DNA from: Podarcis gaigeae
Lineage: Eukaryota
Reading direction: 5' to 3' (one strand)
NCBI GenBank assembly: GCA_964106915.2
Contig: OZ066922.1
DNA length: 64,000 nt
Below are positions 37,986-51,641 of this stretch, one piece after another (positions within the stretch are counted from its first letter, which is position 1; every line of letters starts with the position of its first letter). Under the pieces are notes generated by a model. That model did not search any database. It had not been told where the DNA came from and saw only the letters and a program-made list of their open reading frames with translations. Made by a program: the position numbers and the translations under genes.

Positions 37986-39747
37986 CATCTGTACTAAGGG
38001 CCTCTTGTTAGTTGCTTGGGGGCTTGAAGTAGGGGGAATGCGAAAGAGAAATGTGAGAAAGAAACAACACTGGATCCAGCCAATGATAGACATTTTCAAC
38101 TAGTGTTTGTTTCAGGGCAGAAGTCTACTATACATAACGTACTTAACTCTCCCACAACATACTTAACTCTCCCACTGACTGAAAAGTGATCAGTTTTAGA
38201 CAGACTGCCATCCTTTGGAGAGTTAAAACACAAACAAAGCAGGAAAGTTGGAGTCGCTATCACAATGCTATAAATCATATGTTTTTTAAACCTTGACCCT
38301 ATTAACTAAAAATGGATAGCTTCCATCTTATAAGGTAGACATCAAGACTAAGAGAAAGAAATATCTAATTTTCATTACGTAAAGGTGATGTATCCTTGGA
38401 TGTCGTAATACTATGTAGGTCAGTCTTACAGGCTGGAAGAGAGATATTAACAGTACCTCAGAGCTTGCTGCATTCGACTGGCAAATGTACCAGGCACTGT
38501 GATACATGCATGAACAAACTTTCGCTATTAGGAGAATTAGTAAAAGTTACTAAAATGTATGCAATTCAGGCAGTACAGAATGGAAAATAAAATAAAAGAC
38601 TGAGCCTTTAATACTTGGAAACAGAAAATGCCTTGCCACATTTTAATTATGCTACAGAGCAGCACAACTTTGCAGCATTTTATCTTCAGTATTAGCGACT
38701 TCAATTCTCCTTTTTTTTAAATGGTTCTCAAAAGCAATTTTATCCATGAATTAGTTTATCACATCAATTTCATAGTGTCCGCCTTATGGCTCAGGTGCAA
38801 GGCAGTTCATGCTGATGCTGCTACAAAGAAAATACTCCTTCAAGCCACAACAATCAAGTGGCCCACAGTGATGCTATAACTCTGTCAGACAATGCCTGCA
38901 TTAGACAGAGCAAGTCAGTGGCTGTACATTATCAGGAGATCATAACAGATTTTGACGGACTCTGCTAAAAGCCTGAATATAAAATTGTAGTGATGTATTC
39001 TTCTCAGAAGGGGGTGGGGGTAGGGAGAGGACACATTTCAGGCAAAAGTAAACCTTTCCAAACAGGAAATTTCCCTTACTGGATTAATATTTGGATGGCA
39101 GCTTTCACATATGTACACTAATAAAAGGAGAGAAAATGCTTAGGCTGTCAAATGAACATTTGTAGTTCTAACTGTCTACCTGTCTAAATTTATATCATAA
39201 TTTTTATTTAGGATATTCTCGGATTACTTTTAGAAGGGATGGGAATGTATTCCTATGTTCTAAATAGTGGTGATGGAGAAGCCCACAAAGAAAATACTCC
39301 TCCTGCATTTTCTGAGGGTAGCTACCCATTGCTCAATCCACTAGTGACTTGCTCATGTTTCACCCAAATAGAGTTTGGTATTATGTTTAAACTAGACAGT
39401 GTATTTGCTACAGATTTTGCTTCTACCTAATCAAAACTAGTCATGAAATACTTCAATTTTCAGGGAAAGGACACCTCTGAATGCAACTGCTGGAAAGCTA
39501 TTCAGCCCTTATGTTTTGCTCACAAGCATCCTAGAAGAATCTGCTTACCCACTGTGGCAAACAAGATGTTGGACCAAATGAGCTTCATTTTGGTCAAGCA
39601 CATCCTATGTAACTATTTGACATGGATGGCACTTTCTAAAACAGCTTCTTCCACACAAAATGATTTTTTTACTTGTGCAGCTGGCACAACATGGAACAGA
39701 ATTTTAAACTATTTTAAATTATTTTGGTTTTGCGTTGGAAATTCAAA

Positions 39748-39748
<1 letters not shown>

Positions 39749-39781
<33 letters not shown>
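39749..39781 (+). repeat. (CA)n microsatellite
   Basis: Seen directly. Confidence 0.97.
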
Positions 39782-39783
<2 letters not shown>

Positions 39784-41036
39784 GTTTGAAACATATAAAA
39801 ATGATTGATAGTTTTCTCAAACACTACACTAAATAGCACTTAGTACTGAAGTCCACACTGGAAATTATTTACTATATTATTAAGCTTATCCCTGTAACCA
39901 TGAGGGGATCAAAAATACAACACTCTGGTAACCTATGGATGTTCATATAATGTGGGAATTCCCAAGGGTAATAATGGCATGATGAGAATGCTCCATATCA
40001 TCTTAGCTTCCATACATTACCGAGGTTGAACCAAATCATGGTAACATAATGAACTGGGCCATAATAGTGTTTCTGTAAGCCACAGGCATTTTGTAACACA
40101 AGTGCTAAACCTCAAGAATAAGATGCAATAATTTCTTTTGCTTGCTAAGCAGAAATGTGAATGGTATGAAAGAAACCTTATCTCTGTAGCTATCAAAGAA
40201 CAGAGACTATAAACTGATTTGATTTGATTTATTACATTTCATTCAATGTGAGTAAACAGCATGCTGTTTTTTGTCCTACATGGCATTGATCTTTAAAGAT
40301 ATACAATTTTAAATAGCAGAAAATATTTATCTTATTTAGAACTAAAAGATAACTTTATAATATTAATTGTTAAGACTTGTGCAAATATAACAGCAAAACT
40401 ACCTGAATAGGTCTTTTATAGAAGAATCAAGCATAATTTTGTCTGGAGAACTTAGAAACAACAACAACAAAAGACTACAGCAAAATATATGAACATCTGA
40501 CAATGCTGCTTTAATGAATGCCCATTTATGAAGAGAGACAATGAATGAAAAGCTACATAACCTCACCACCTATTCAATGGATAGAAGAGATAACATTCAA
40601 AACCAGTTGCAGAAAAAGGTTGCCTTCAGTCAGCATTCTCTGTATGAACTTCAATATCTGAAATTATAACTCAGAATACTTCTGCTCCCTAAAGTGAGTA
40701 CAGTGTAATTTTTCCAGTAATTACCTGCAAATACAATATCTGGGATTTGAGTATCAGGTGTAATAATGCTTTTGCGGATGAAAATCATCACATCATAAAT
40801 CTAACATATTCTTAGAAGAATCCCACACTATCTTAGAGCTGCAAAATTACAGAGGCTAGGGAAATTTGACAAAACAATCACACCATTACCTAATTCCCAG
40901 AAAGCATAAATTTAGAAGATGAAAAAAGAACCGGGAGGAATTTATCCAAACAGAAGAATCAACTGCAATTTCAAATCTTCTATGAAGTCAATCTGCAGTG
41001 TGTTTTTGTTGTTGTTGTTAAGAACCCTCCAGGAAA

Positions 41037-41206
41037 GAATAAACAAAGCTGCCTTGTACTGAATCAGACCACTTGTCTAAACTGGCTATTGCTGGCTCTT
41101 CTGGACAGGAGAATTTCCTGGTGCTACCTGGATATGCTGGAAATTGAGCCTGAGACCTTTTACATGCAGAACATATGCTCATTCACTGAGCTTACAAGAC
41201 TTCCCC
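41037..41206 (-). mobile_element. Old tRNA-headed SINE with CR1-type tail
   Basis: aagctgccttgtactgaatcagacc ... attgagcctgagacctt..catgcag..cactgagct; related to 50048 and 54175. Confidence 0.65.
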
Positions 41207-44200
41207 ACCAGCTCTATACACCTCTCAGTAATTTTACAGTTCTTTTTCGTGCACACTTTTTCTTTACACTCAAGCAGGAACCAAATTGTAAGTCTGAGCT
41301 TTGGGATACTACCTGCTGTGCTAATCAACAATGCCTGCAGCTTCCTACAACCTTATAGGCTGCATTTTCATGAATATATATCTTCTAAATATCTCCTCAG
41401 TGGTAGTAGTAGTAAGAGTGGAGAAATCACTTAGGTTTTAAGCGTTTCACTATGCAATGCTGAACTGGGCTCCCTCAGAGGAGCTGGCAAGAAATAATAG
41501 CAAGAACAGGACAAGTTAGGGTATTTTAAGCTAATAAGTGCACACACAGCTTTCACATAATCTCATCTAACTCATTATACTTTTCAACAGAGGCAGTGGG
41601 CATGCTCAGTAGTGATGAGGCAACAGGGAGTGCATTTTCATATATACGCCCTCTCTGTGCAAAAAAGCTATGAAAAAGTTCTATTACCAAGAAGACGGAA
41701 CACATTTCCATTGGCAAGGCTCTCTCATCCCAATCCAGTCAAGCAGAGATGACTAACTGGGGCAGAATGTGGCCTGAGATACACATTCTACTGAAAAGGG
41801 TGCAGTGAGAATGGATGACATTTCTATCTGCATTCTCTAGCTCCACCCACATCCATAAGTGGAGTTGAAATTCTTGGCAAGGAACATGTCAGCAGATTGT
41901 GGCAACTCAGAATGTATTGACCCAGTTTGTTGCACACAGAGATGCATTCCCTCTTTGTCTCCCAGAGTGAGGCCAGTTGAAGAACTTATTTTGCCCACCA
42001 TAACACCGTGACATGGCCACATCTGATTATATCACCATGGGATCATAGAGTGAAAAAGCAATTGCAAGCCATCTCTCCATCACTTTTAATTATTCTACAA
42101 GATGTGGAGGGGAAGGGAAAGTGCAGCCTTTAAAGAAACAGACAGCTTCTCAGATAGGGTGGGGCTAAAAGGTAATATCTAACTGGTCAGCCTACATAAA
42201 GTATTCCAGCCAACACTGGTCATAGGGAGGTCTCCGGCTCTTGTCTGAACAACCAGATTTGATGCTACACTAGCATTGACTGGACTATATCTTGCAATGT
42301 CCCGGTTTCTTGAGATGTGCCAGTTTCATCTTAAAATTGAGTGCCCCAGTGCCTCCAAGACCCCAACCTAGGGGAAGACAAATGCTTCATTCTAGATATG
42401 CAGAATTAAGTTGAAGGTTAAGCATGTTAGGTCCGCATCATTGAGGAGTGTCTCAGAACCACCAACAAATTGTAGTGTTTTGTTACACCTTGGTTACAGC
42501 AAATCATAGAAGTTTGTAGCATATCGTGAAATGCGAAGAAGGCACAAGTATAACCCCACAAGAATAGCAGCTTGTGTGGTTTTAGAGAGCAGAAAGCAAA
42601 CAGACCCCAGAAAATTCTTTTCTAGACTCAAATCAACAGAAACCAAGAAAATCTGATAGAAAACGTGATACAAACAGGAAGACTTTAATTACAATACACA
42701 TCTCTTTTAATAGGAATGGGTTAGTCATGTATCATGTATCATACTAATATGTTTCCTGCAAAAACAGCATATTTTTTATTGATCAGCTTTTATAATAGGA
42801 ACAGTATTTATTTATTTTGATATATGCCTAGCAGATGCATTTAAGGAGGTCAAAAGTACGGTAATCTAAACCAAAGCAGTTAGAGCTGATCACAGCTAAT
42901 GCATTCTTATTTTTCTTCTTCGGGAAATCCTTTTAAACATATAAAACTCTGAGGTTTACATTTTCACTTTGCTATTTGGTTGCCAGTTCTTTTCTAGAGT
43001 GTCTTATGGGATATGTTCAACCTAAAAAGTATTTCATTGTGCAGTGACCCAAATACTTTGAGGTCTTGCGGAAGTGAAAGCATACACCGTTCAGATAATC
43101 ATCCGGGACATAGTTCCAATGAACATTGGCGATACTAGAAACTTCAAGTATCATTTATCTATAGATAAAAGAAGGAACAGGCCAGATATATAATATTTAA
43201 TTAACTTTACGTTCCATAATCAGGAGCACATAAAATGAGAAATGTCTGTTAATACAAAAATTCAATGAATAGTGGGTAGGGCAAGGGATCAAACATGGTG
43301 CATCATTTCTGAAAGACTGCACTGACTTATAAATGAGGCACTAAAGTCAGCTTAATTCCCAGAATTTTAAAAAAGCAAACTATTTGAATCTTATTGACAA
43401 TGCCTGCAGTGTGGCACACTGCTTACTAAGTATCATCGTTCAAACATAAAATATTCACTGAGAGCTGTGAAAGCAGCAAACACACTATATTAGCAAATTG
43501 ATAATGAGATATTTGGAATTGCACACAACTGTAGAAACAAGTTCAAGGCTTTGTATGAGGATTTAAAACTATGATAAAAGTTTGAAAGCCAGACTTCATC
43601 AAATCCACTGATAACATTCCATTTCAAATGGCCGGAGAAGCAATGCTGTACATACTACTTTTAAAAGATAAAAAAAAGCAAGTTTGGATTTGAGCTCAGA
43701 ATTATTTAAAGCAATGACAGGAGTTTTACTACTGAGAGGATGAAGTCTACTTGCCTTGCAACAAAAAATGTATGTGCAAAACACAGGAGGGGGGGGGATA
43801 TATATGTACATAGGACTACCGCCTAAAAGCATGACCAAACTCAGCATGACAGAGTTCAGATTTAGTAGATCTTCAGGTTTCCTGGCTGAGACAGGGCTAT
43901 GCCGAAGTAAGTCCCTCACTCTGACTGAGTCTGAGATATGCTGACATCAGTTCCCCACACAAGCATTCTGGGGGCAGCGTGGGGCAAAGTGAGACTGACA
44001 CTTATTCCAAACCCCTTTCAGTTTAGCAATGTGATCAACCCAGAGGAACTGGGTTGTAAGTCAAATTCCTCCTGAACAGAGTTTTGAATAGGGGGAACCT
44101 ACGCCAGTGTACTGTGTGCTGACATAATCTACACCAGCTTTATACAGTTAGGTTTGGTCTGTACATGTGTTTTGTAGGTATTTTTTTAAAAAAATAATTA

Positions 44201-47200
44201 ATATTACCACTCCTTGCTGCATTATTATTTTAAAAAATGTATTAGTTTATCATAATGCTGGCTGAACATCATGAGAATTTCACATTATCTAAATTCACCA
44301 AAACATGGAAATATCATCTTCAGTATCTTTTAACCATAGTTAGGGCTTAAACTGACGTGTGTCTTAATCATGGTTAGTGCCATCTGAGGTTTGCTCTTAG
44401 CCAGGACTTGAAGATGACATGTTTCAAAATCCTGTTTAGTGTTGATCATAGTTGAGGCTAACATGAAAAGTGAAGGGGATTCTTCAGGCTCCTGTGCTGG
44501 CCGAGATGAGGGCTTTGGCAAATTAGCTTCACTTTTACAGAACAGCATTATGTTCTATCCAGGGATCCTAATTTACATTGAACTCAGTTTAGTTTAAATC
44601 AACCAGTTCAATAACCCTATTTCTTGTTACATTTACCAGAGTTTGTTTTAAATGGTTTACTAAGGCTCTTTGAAGTCCATTCATGTAGGGCTACGCCATG
44701 ATTTAACATTATGAGTGAATGCAAGCGGTCATGTCTACACTGGCCTTGGGAGGCATGTGAATAGGATACAAGAGGGGAATTAACTATTCTGAAGCTTCGC
44801 AATAGGTACAGAACAGATTAGGTTTGTAGATTATTATAAAATAAGTAATTCTGAAAATAACAAAGACAAACTTCAAGAAATGCATTTCAAGAAAGACTTT
44901 TCAAGAAATGCATTTAATCTGTTCAATATGTATTTTAAGTGCTCTATGTAACATAGTTTTCTTCCTGCCAACCCATCCCAGAATAAAACCTTTAGCAGAA
45001 ATAAGCATGCCAAGTTGCACATTGTATAGGAATGTCAGAACATTTCATTTTATCTCCCTACAAATGTATAAACGGTATCCAATTCCAACCAGTTGTAATA
45101 GACTTATGCCTACTGATTTCACAATGCACAAAAAGTGAAGATTTTTAGCCCCAAATAAATCTTATACATGAAATTCACCAAATGCCTATGCAACCCTGAA
45201 TTTTTATTAGCTCTGTATCCAGTAATCTTGGGAAGAAAAATAGATAGACTGAAAACAGACAGCAGAACATAAAAAGCCTTAATTAACTATAAAGCCAACT
45301 TACAAACAATGCTGATCAGTCTACCAAACCCACACAAATCTAATCAGAATACCAATTTTTTTATTTATTTAAAATATAAACTGCCTGTGATCCTACTAGA
45401 CACCAGATTGATTTTGTAATAAAAATATAATAAAAACAACACAACACCCGCCATCCAACAATATAACTGAGAGACAACAATCAGACTGGTTGCCTGGAAC
45501 AGTAGGATTTCCAAAAGAGCAAAGGAGAAGAAGGGGCAATATCTGTACGACAAGAACATTATTTAGGAGTATACACGTAAGCATAATTCTATTACCATGT
45601 TTATAGAATCATAAGACTAGAAGCGCAACCTGAGAAAATGGTTGCAGTCCTAGGAAATCCACATCAATTGAACAGATAGGTATGTTTATGCATTCTGCTT
45701 CCTTAACTACTTCAACCCTCCCTTCTGACTTCTCTTTTTTTTTTGAACTAAAGTATGTGTGCGCACACGCACGTGCTTATGTGGGTGTTGGGTCATGTAT
45801 CAATAAAATCTGTCCATATCAAATTACAATAGTACATACTTAAGACCATTTCTCTATACACAAATACATTGATCAATCTAGTACTGTAAAACAAATGTTT
45901 CTCCCAACCGTTGGCATACACACATAGCCCTGCAGAGTAATTAAAATTGTCCATAGTAAATCAAGAGCAGCCAAAAAGCAGAGAGAGAGAGAGACTTTAC
46001 ATGTACTCATTTGTCATATACAGCTTAAAGAGTGCCTGTCATGTTTGACAGGTCCAATATATGATCTGTCTTCTCCCACCCCTCCTTCAGATACTTAAAA
46101 TGACATTTTCTATTTTATGTCTCCTTCTTGACAAGGAGGAAAACGGGATTTGTATTCCTCCTCTTTCAATATACTAGAGCTGTTAAAAATCTTAAACTCC
46201 CATCTGCTTAGGGCACAATAAATAAATAAATTACGGCCACAAAGATGAGCATATGATAGAGAAAACTATGAAGATGAACATTCACTCCTTACTGCTTTCC
46301 AAAATAAACGAGAGAGAGATATGGACTTGTCAATTTTATTATTCTCTAAAGTGTTAGAAATAGGATTCTGTCAGAGAACGACAGTGAGGATGTTTAAGAC
46401 AAATCACCTAAATTTATAATGTCAACTATTCAGAGCTCATGTTTTACTTTGCATTACACCCAATTTTGTTTGTGACTTCCAAAGCAGTTGCTGAACTAAA
46501 CAAATCTCTGACATGCTTGTTAATTGAACATAACAATCAAAAGCATCTTGTCCTCAAATTCAGTCCTTTCAAAGAAGGCCAGGCTACATGCTACGGTATT
46601 AATTGGAAAAGCATTGACATTTTTAATTTTAATTTTAAATTTATTGGAAATGCTATGTTCTGTCTTTGCCATGCATAATGGGCAGATCAAAAAATCATAG
46701 TGCAAAAACCAGATTACTCAACATCTGAGGAATCAACTATAAATGCAGTATGGTTGTTTCCTTTGCTCCACAAAGCTGTCAAGGAATAAGTACTGTCTGA
46801 AACTGTGGCACACCAGTATGTGCAGCAAGGAGAGAGAATATGAATGCAGTCACACAGATACGCACACTCCCCTCTGTGAGAAACTTGGTTTAATCTTGCT
46901 ATATCAGCTAGAAGAGCTATTTTTACTATAACAGGTAGCCTATTAGGCACTGCTGGGACACTGCCCATGGGCAGCTGTTGGAGAAGTATTTTTAAGAATA
47001 CAATTTTTACAAAGCATTGAGCTGCAGGGGTTTAGGGGACAGAAAGCTCTAAAGTACTGATTGCACAGCAGTGTTATCCTTCAGGCAGGGCTGTGTTAAT
47101 ATGCCAGAGCTGCAACAGCAACAAGCCACAGAGTAAGACACACAGATAAGTGGCCTCTTCCTCTTTTCAGATATATTTGGATTTAAAAGGCTATTGTATT

Positions 47201-47407
47201 CTTCTTTGTTCAGAGTGATTGTGCTTATCGAGCACTTCTACGCAAAGAGATAATGGATTTGATACACTAGCATGATACTAGTAATTCAGAAGCAGAAAGT
47301 ATTGGATGCAGAGAGCAGAAGGCAAATAACCAACTCTGGTGTTCTGCAAATGTTTGCAGAAGTGCAAGCAAAAAAGCTCTCAGAGCAGTAAGAGGAAAAT
47401 TCCATAG

Positions 47408-47503
47408 CAGGGGACAGGAGACGTGACCCTCCAGATGCTGCTGGACTCTAGCTTTCATCAGCCAATATGGTCAGCGATAATGGGAGCTGCAGTCCCAAAA
47501 TCT
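47408..47503. mobile_element. Palindromic hAT-type MITE, degraded
   Basis: ccctccagatgctgctggactctagc..atgggagctgcagtccc. Confidence 0.6.
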
Positions 47504-50047
47504 GTAACTCAAAACCCAATACTATCAAAAACAGAGGATGAATTTCCAGGGAAAAAATCCAGCTAGAGTTAAAAAGCATTCTTCCATGAAGCACTCTTTC
47601 TTCAACAGAGAACACCTGATCTGTATACATCTGTCAGTTGTGTTAGAGAAAAGAACAAATTGAGCTGTCTGAGGAATGGAGGGGTGCCTGGCTTGGTGGG
47701 GAAAATATTTTTGTAACACATATGCCTCCTGCTGATCGAGCTATCTTTCTCTCTCTCAGGGAACCTTTTCTTCTATAAAGTAATGGGGGGGGGGAGAGCT
47801 TATGCATTGGGCTACCTTGAAGAAAGAACAGCTTTTTCTAGAGCATGATGTTTCTATTGCAAATGGTGTCATAACCCACTCAGAGCCTAACTCAGAAACC
47901 AGTAACTTTCCTGGAAGAAGACAACACCAGTACTAGGAGATCAATGACCTATTCCTGCTTACCATCAAGGTGTATAATTGGTTAATCCAGTGCTACCACT
48001 ACCATTTGGCACCACCTCAGGTGGTGGTGATGCTTGGGGGGGGGGGCAGCAGGCACACCAAGCATTCCTCTTCAGCCCCAGGCAATCCCCTCCGCTGCAC
48101 AACAGTGCTGTGTGTGCTACATGGCTTGACCAGCATCCCCTAACCCTCAGGCATGCTGGATGATACGTTTGATGACCACTGCTAAAAAAAGAGTTAACTG
48201 CTAGTCTACCAGGCTTCAGAGGGGGGTGGGCAATGGGGAGACACCATCTTGTTCTTTGCCTGAAGTAGCAAAATGTCTTGGACCAGCCATAAATTGGTCA
48301 CAGCAACTGAGCTGGTTTCACTCAAAGAGCCCGATGTCTCAAGGCAGCCTGAGATTTTTATAAGTTCTATTTTCCAGCCTTCCTAGAGCACCATTGGCAA
48401 TGGACCTGAGTTTCAGTTCAATTTAACATCATTTCAAGCCTGGCCATTAAAGAGGCCAGCAAAACATTAAAGTTGATGAGATGCACCAGAGCCTCTCAGT
48501 TCGGCCTGAAAGCAGTGTCCTCTTGGCAGAGTGCTATGTATCACTGCTGCAACATTCTTTGGCAACCATTCAGGTCTCTCTATCTGGCCCTCAGAGCTCT
48601 CCTCAGACCATACCACCCACTGGCCCTGCTTCACATCCCAGGTGCTATTTTTGGCTAGAATGTATCCTTGATTGTTAATGTATCTTGCTTGCCTGGATGG
48701 AGGAGAGAAGAATATAGTAATGTGTGTAGACACTAGCCTACTGTACGATGGTAATGTTCACATTCAAGCTATCCTCTGCTGTCTTAGAGCTGTTGTACCC
48801 TCTCTTCCTCCTGAATGTGTTCTAGCCATAAAGCCCCATGTAGGTTCATTGTTTTCTTGAGGCAAGGCTTCCTTGATCCTAAATGGACTGTACTATTCCA
48901 GTGCTGACCAAACTTGACTCACCACTGGCTTTTTAGCAGTACCCCTTGCCAGTTTATTGCCTGATGAGATGCAGCAATTATGTAATATAGTAGAAAGTCT
49001 TCAAGCATTAACAAGTTTTAGATTGGATGAACGGCCAAATGTTACATCCCGTTTCTTTCCAAAACTTTCTCACATAATTTGTATATGCAGGTGAAAGGAA
49101 TCTTTCATTTTACTTCAGATTATTTGGCACTCCCGCTTAAATATTGAATAATAAATGCTAATTTCAATAAGATATACCTGTGACATTGCAAGTTCTGCTG
49201 CTCAGACATGCTTCAGTTAGCAACAACTATCTTTTGATGACCACATTCCGTATGCTTTTTCATATCTGTACTACAGATATCGATTTTGCAGAGGAAGAAG
49301 CTTCGTTATTAGAGCACGGCAGAATCATGCTGATTATGATGCTAATAAGTGGTTCTCTTAATTAACCACAAACCACATGGAATCTATTTAAAGATGTTCA
49401 CAGGTAATATGAAAGCTCTTTCAAGTGGAAAAATATCATTAATTGGAAAAATTAATAGATCGTTGCTTTCATTTAAGAAAAGCAAACTTAATTTTACAAC
49501 AAGTTATTAAATATTTTAGAGTATGTTATTTAATCATTTGATAAGTGATTTTTTCAACAGCTTTTCTTGCCTGAAAGCAACTTCCACAATGACAATGTAA
49601 ATTCAAGAGTGTAAGCTTAGTTCTCATACCTACAGTAGCAGAGAGGTTTTTCTTTTTTCTTTAAACTAGTCTGAGGTCTTAATGATGTTTGAGAAAAGGT
49701 TCCAATAGTGAGTTGAATTGAGATAGGAAGTTTACAAGATGGCAAGGAGTAGAAAAAGCAGAATATTAAGGATAAGCTTTACCATGAAGCTCAACCAAAA
49801 ATTTCATTAAATATTCAGTAGCTCATTTGAATTTTCTGTGTCAACTTCTCCTCCCAACCTATCCTGGGAATGCAATCAACTTCAACAGTGGGGGGGGGGG
49901 GGGAAACAGGACTTAATTTAATTATATTAGCACCAACTATGACAGACTGAAACTCCAAGGAGGTCTGGAAAATAAAAAATATATATGTTGATGGGGATTA
50001 TGCCAACAGCCAGAAAACATGGAGACAAAAATGTGATAGAGGAGGAG

Positions 50048-50240
50048 GGATGGGCAATAGCTCACAAGCTGAAACATGCTTTGCATTCCTAAGGTTCCAG
50101 ATTTAGTGACTATTCTCTCAGGTACAGTGCTTGGGAGAAAAATATCTGGCACGTTGGAGAGTTGCTGTAATGTGCAGCAGAGAGTACTGTGCAAGAGGGG
50201 CCAACTGTCTGATTCTGTACAAGGCAACTTCACAAATTTG
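50048..50240 (+). mobile_element. Old tRNA-headed SINE with CR1-type tail
   Basis: tagctca..catgctttgca..aaggttccag..ttggagagttgctg..tctgattctgtacaaggcaacttc. Confidence 0.55.
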
Positions 50241-50282
50241 TATGACGTGGCTGAGGCAAGAAAAGAGATCAACATTGCACAT

Positions 50283-50333
50283 CTAGTATGAGGTGATGAG
50301 AATAAAAACTAGTATGAGGTGATGAGAATAAAA
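50283..50333 (+). repeat. 26-bp tandem duplication
   Basis: ctagtatgaggtgatgagaataaaa(a) x2. Confidence 0.92.
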
Positions 50334-50491
50334 AGAGAGGAAGAATAACAGTGTCATCTTTTAAATGGCACCAGCTGAAAGAAAATCTACTGTTTAACAA
50401 ATTTTAAGATCTGCAGAGAGCTTTTCAAATAGAACAAGAAGGGGGATGATACATACACACAAACAAATAAAACATTTATATACAAGTGTGT

Positions 50492-50492
<1 letters not shown>

Positions 50493-50525
<33 letters not shown>
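50493..50525 (+). repeat. (CA)n microsatellite
   Basis: Seen directly. Confidence 0.97.
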
Positions 50526-50527
<2 letters not shown>

Positions 50528-51014
50528 AATATATATGTGACTCATTACTAAAATCAACAAGTTTTAAACTTGATCATGAATTTGAAGATGTTTGTTCAAA
50601 CATATGAATAATTACAAAAGACCTAACAGAGTACTGTAATTGAAGATAATCTAAAACTTCAATTTGACTGTGGAAGTAATGGATTTACTCTACAATAATC
50701 AATAAGGCTTCCATTTACCCCATAACTATCTTGCTTCCCCCCCTCAATTTTTGCTATTGATTAAAGCAATACTTCAACATTTATCAGTTTGTTATTTTGT
50801 TGTTTGTATAGTTTATGCTCTCCATTTACTGGCATATAATAATCTTGCTGATGACAACATGTATGAAATTGGTTCCTTATGTTTATCTATTACTGAACTA
50901 TCTATATAGTTTAATAAGAAAAATACAAGATATAACAGAGTCTGATATGCTACAATTCTTAATATAAAATTTACTTTTTTTAGCTCCACCCCCACAATGG
51001 GCATTCTGAAAAAT

Positions 51015-51100
51015 TATAATTCTATGTCCACCCAGAAGTAAACCCCACTGTCTTCTGTGGGCCTTACTCTGAAGTGTGTGGGTACAGAATTGCAGGCTTA
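51015..51100. mobile_element. ~90-bp palindromic MITE-like repeat (a second degraded copy follows at about 51120-51190)
   Basis: cccagaagtaaaccccactg..gggccttactc..cagaattgcagg. Confidence 0.55.
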
Positions 51101-51505
51101 GTTACTTTTAGGGAGAGATGTGCAGTCTGATTCTCTTCATGTTTACACAGAAGTATGACCCACTAAATTTAGAGTAAAGGACCGCATACTCTATTCTGCT
51201 CTGAACTATTCCTTCACCCCAATCCTGCGCAAATTTTGCCAGTTGGTGTGTTTTACCCTTTTTTCATGGATTCTACTTTGGAACTAGATTGGTGTAGATA
51301 TACTTGCATGCTGTTGGTATTTTGAAGTTTTCTTTTAAAAAAATATGTAAAAGGCAAGCTGTGAAGTTCAAAACTGTAAATTGTTCTTTGAGAATAGGAC
51401 TGTCATGTTGGACAATTTTTGTATTTATAGGGAAGGAACAGAAGGGAAAGGCTAAAGAGGAGATGGATGTGGTTGGAAGGTTAATGAGGATGGATGTGGT
51501 TAGAG

Positions 51506-51641
51506 CAGTGTTTCCCAACCTTGTGCCTCCAGATGTTTTTGGCCTACAACTCCCATCATCCCTAGCTAGCAAGACCAGTGGTCAGGGATGATGGGAGTTG
51601 TAGGCCAAAAACATCTGGAGGCACAAGGTTGGGAAACACTG
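51506..51641. mobile_element. Young palindromic hAT-type MITE
   Basis: Perfect 58-bp arms, 20-nt loop, perfect 8-bp TSD ggttagag (51498-51505, 51642-51649). Confidence 0.95.

Noticed and set aside
40715-40750. Recursive splice site (ttgcag|gtaatt, minus strand)
   Set aside because: Poor polypyrimidine tract and suboptimal donor; would need a saw-tooth total RNA-seq pattern.
43086-43134. Possible minus-strand micro-exon (tttctag|TATCGCC..AACGGT|gtatgc)
   Set aside because: 49 nt, weak pyrimidine tract, stop codon in the phase-1 frame and no teneurin similarity; cannot be supported without junction reads.
51506-51641. Annotating the hairpin as a microRNA gene
   Set aside because: Explained as a MITE with TSD; no expression evidence and no known mature sequence recognised.
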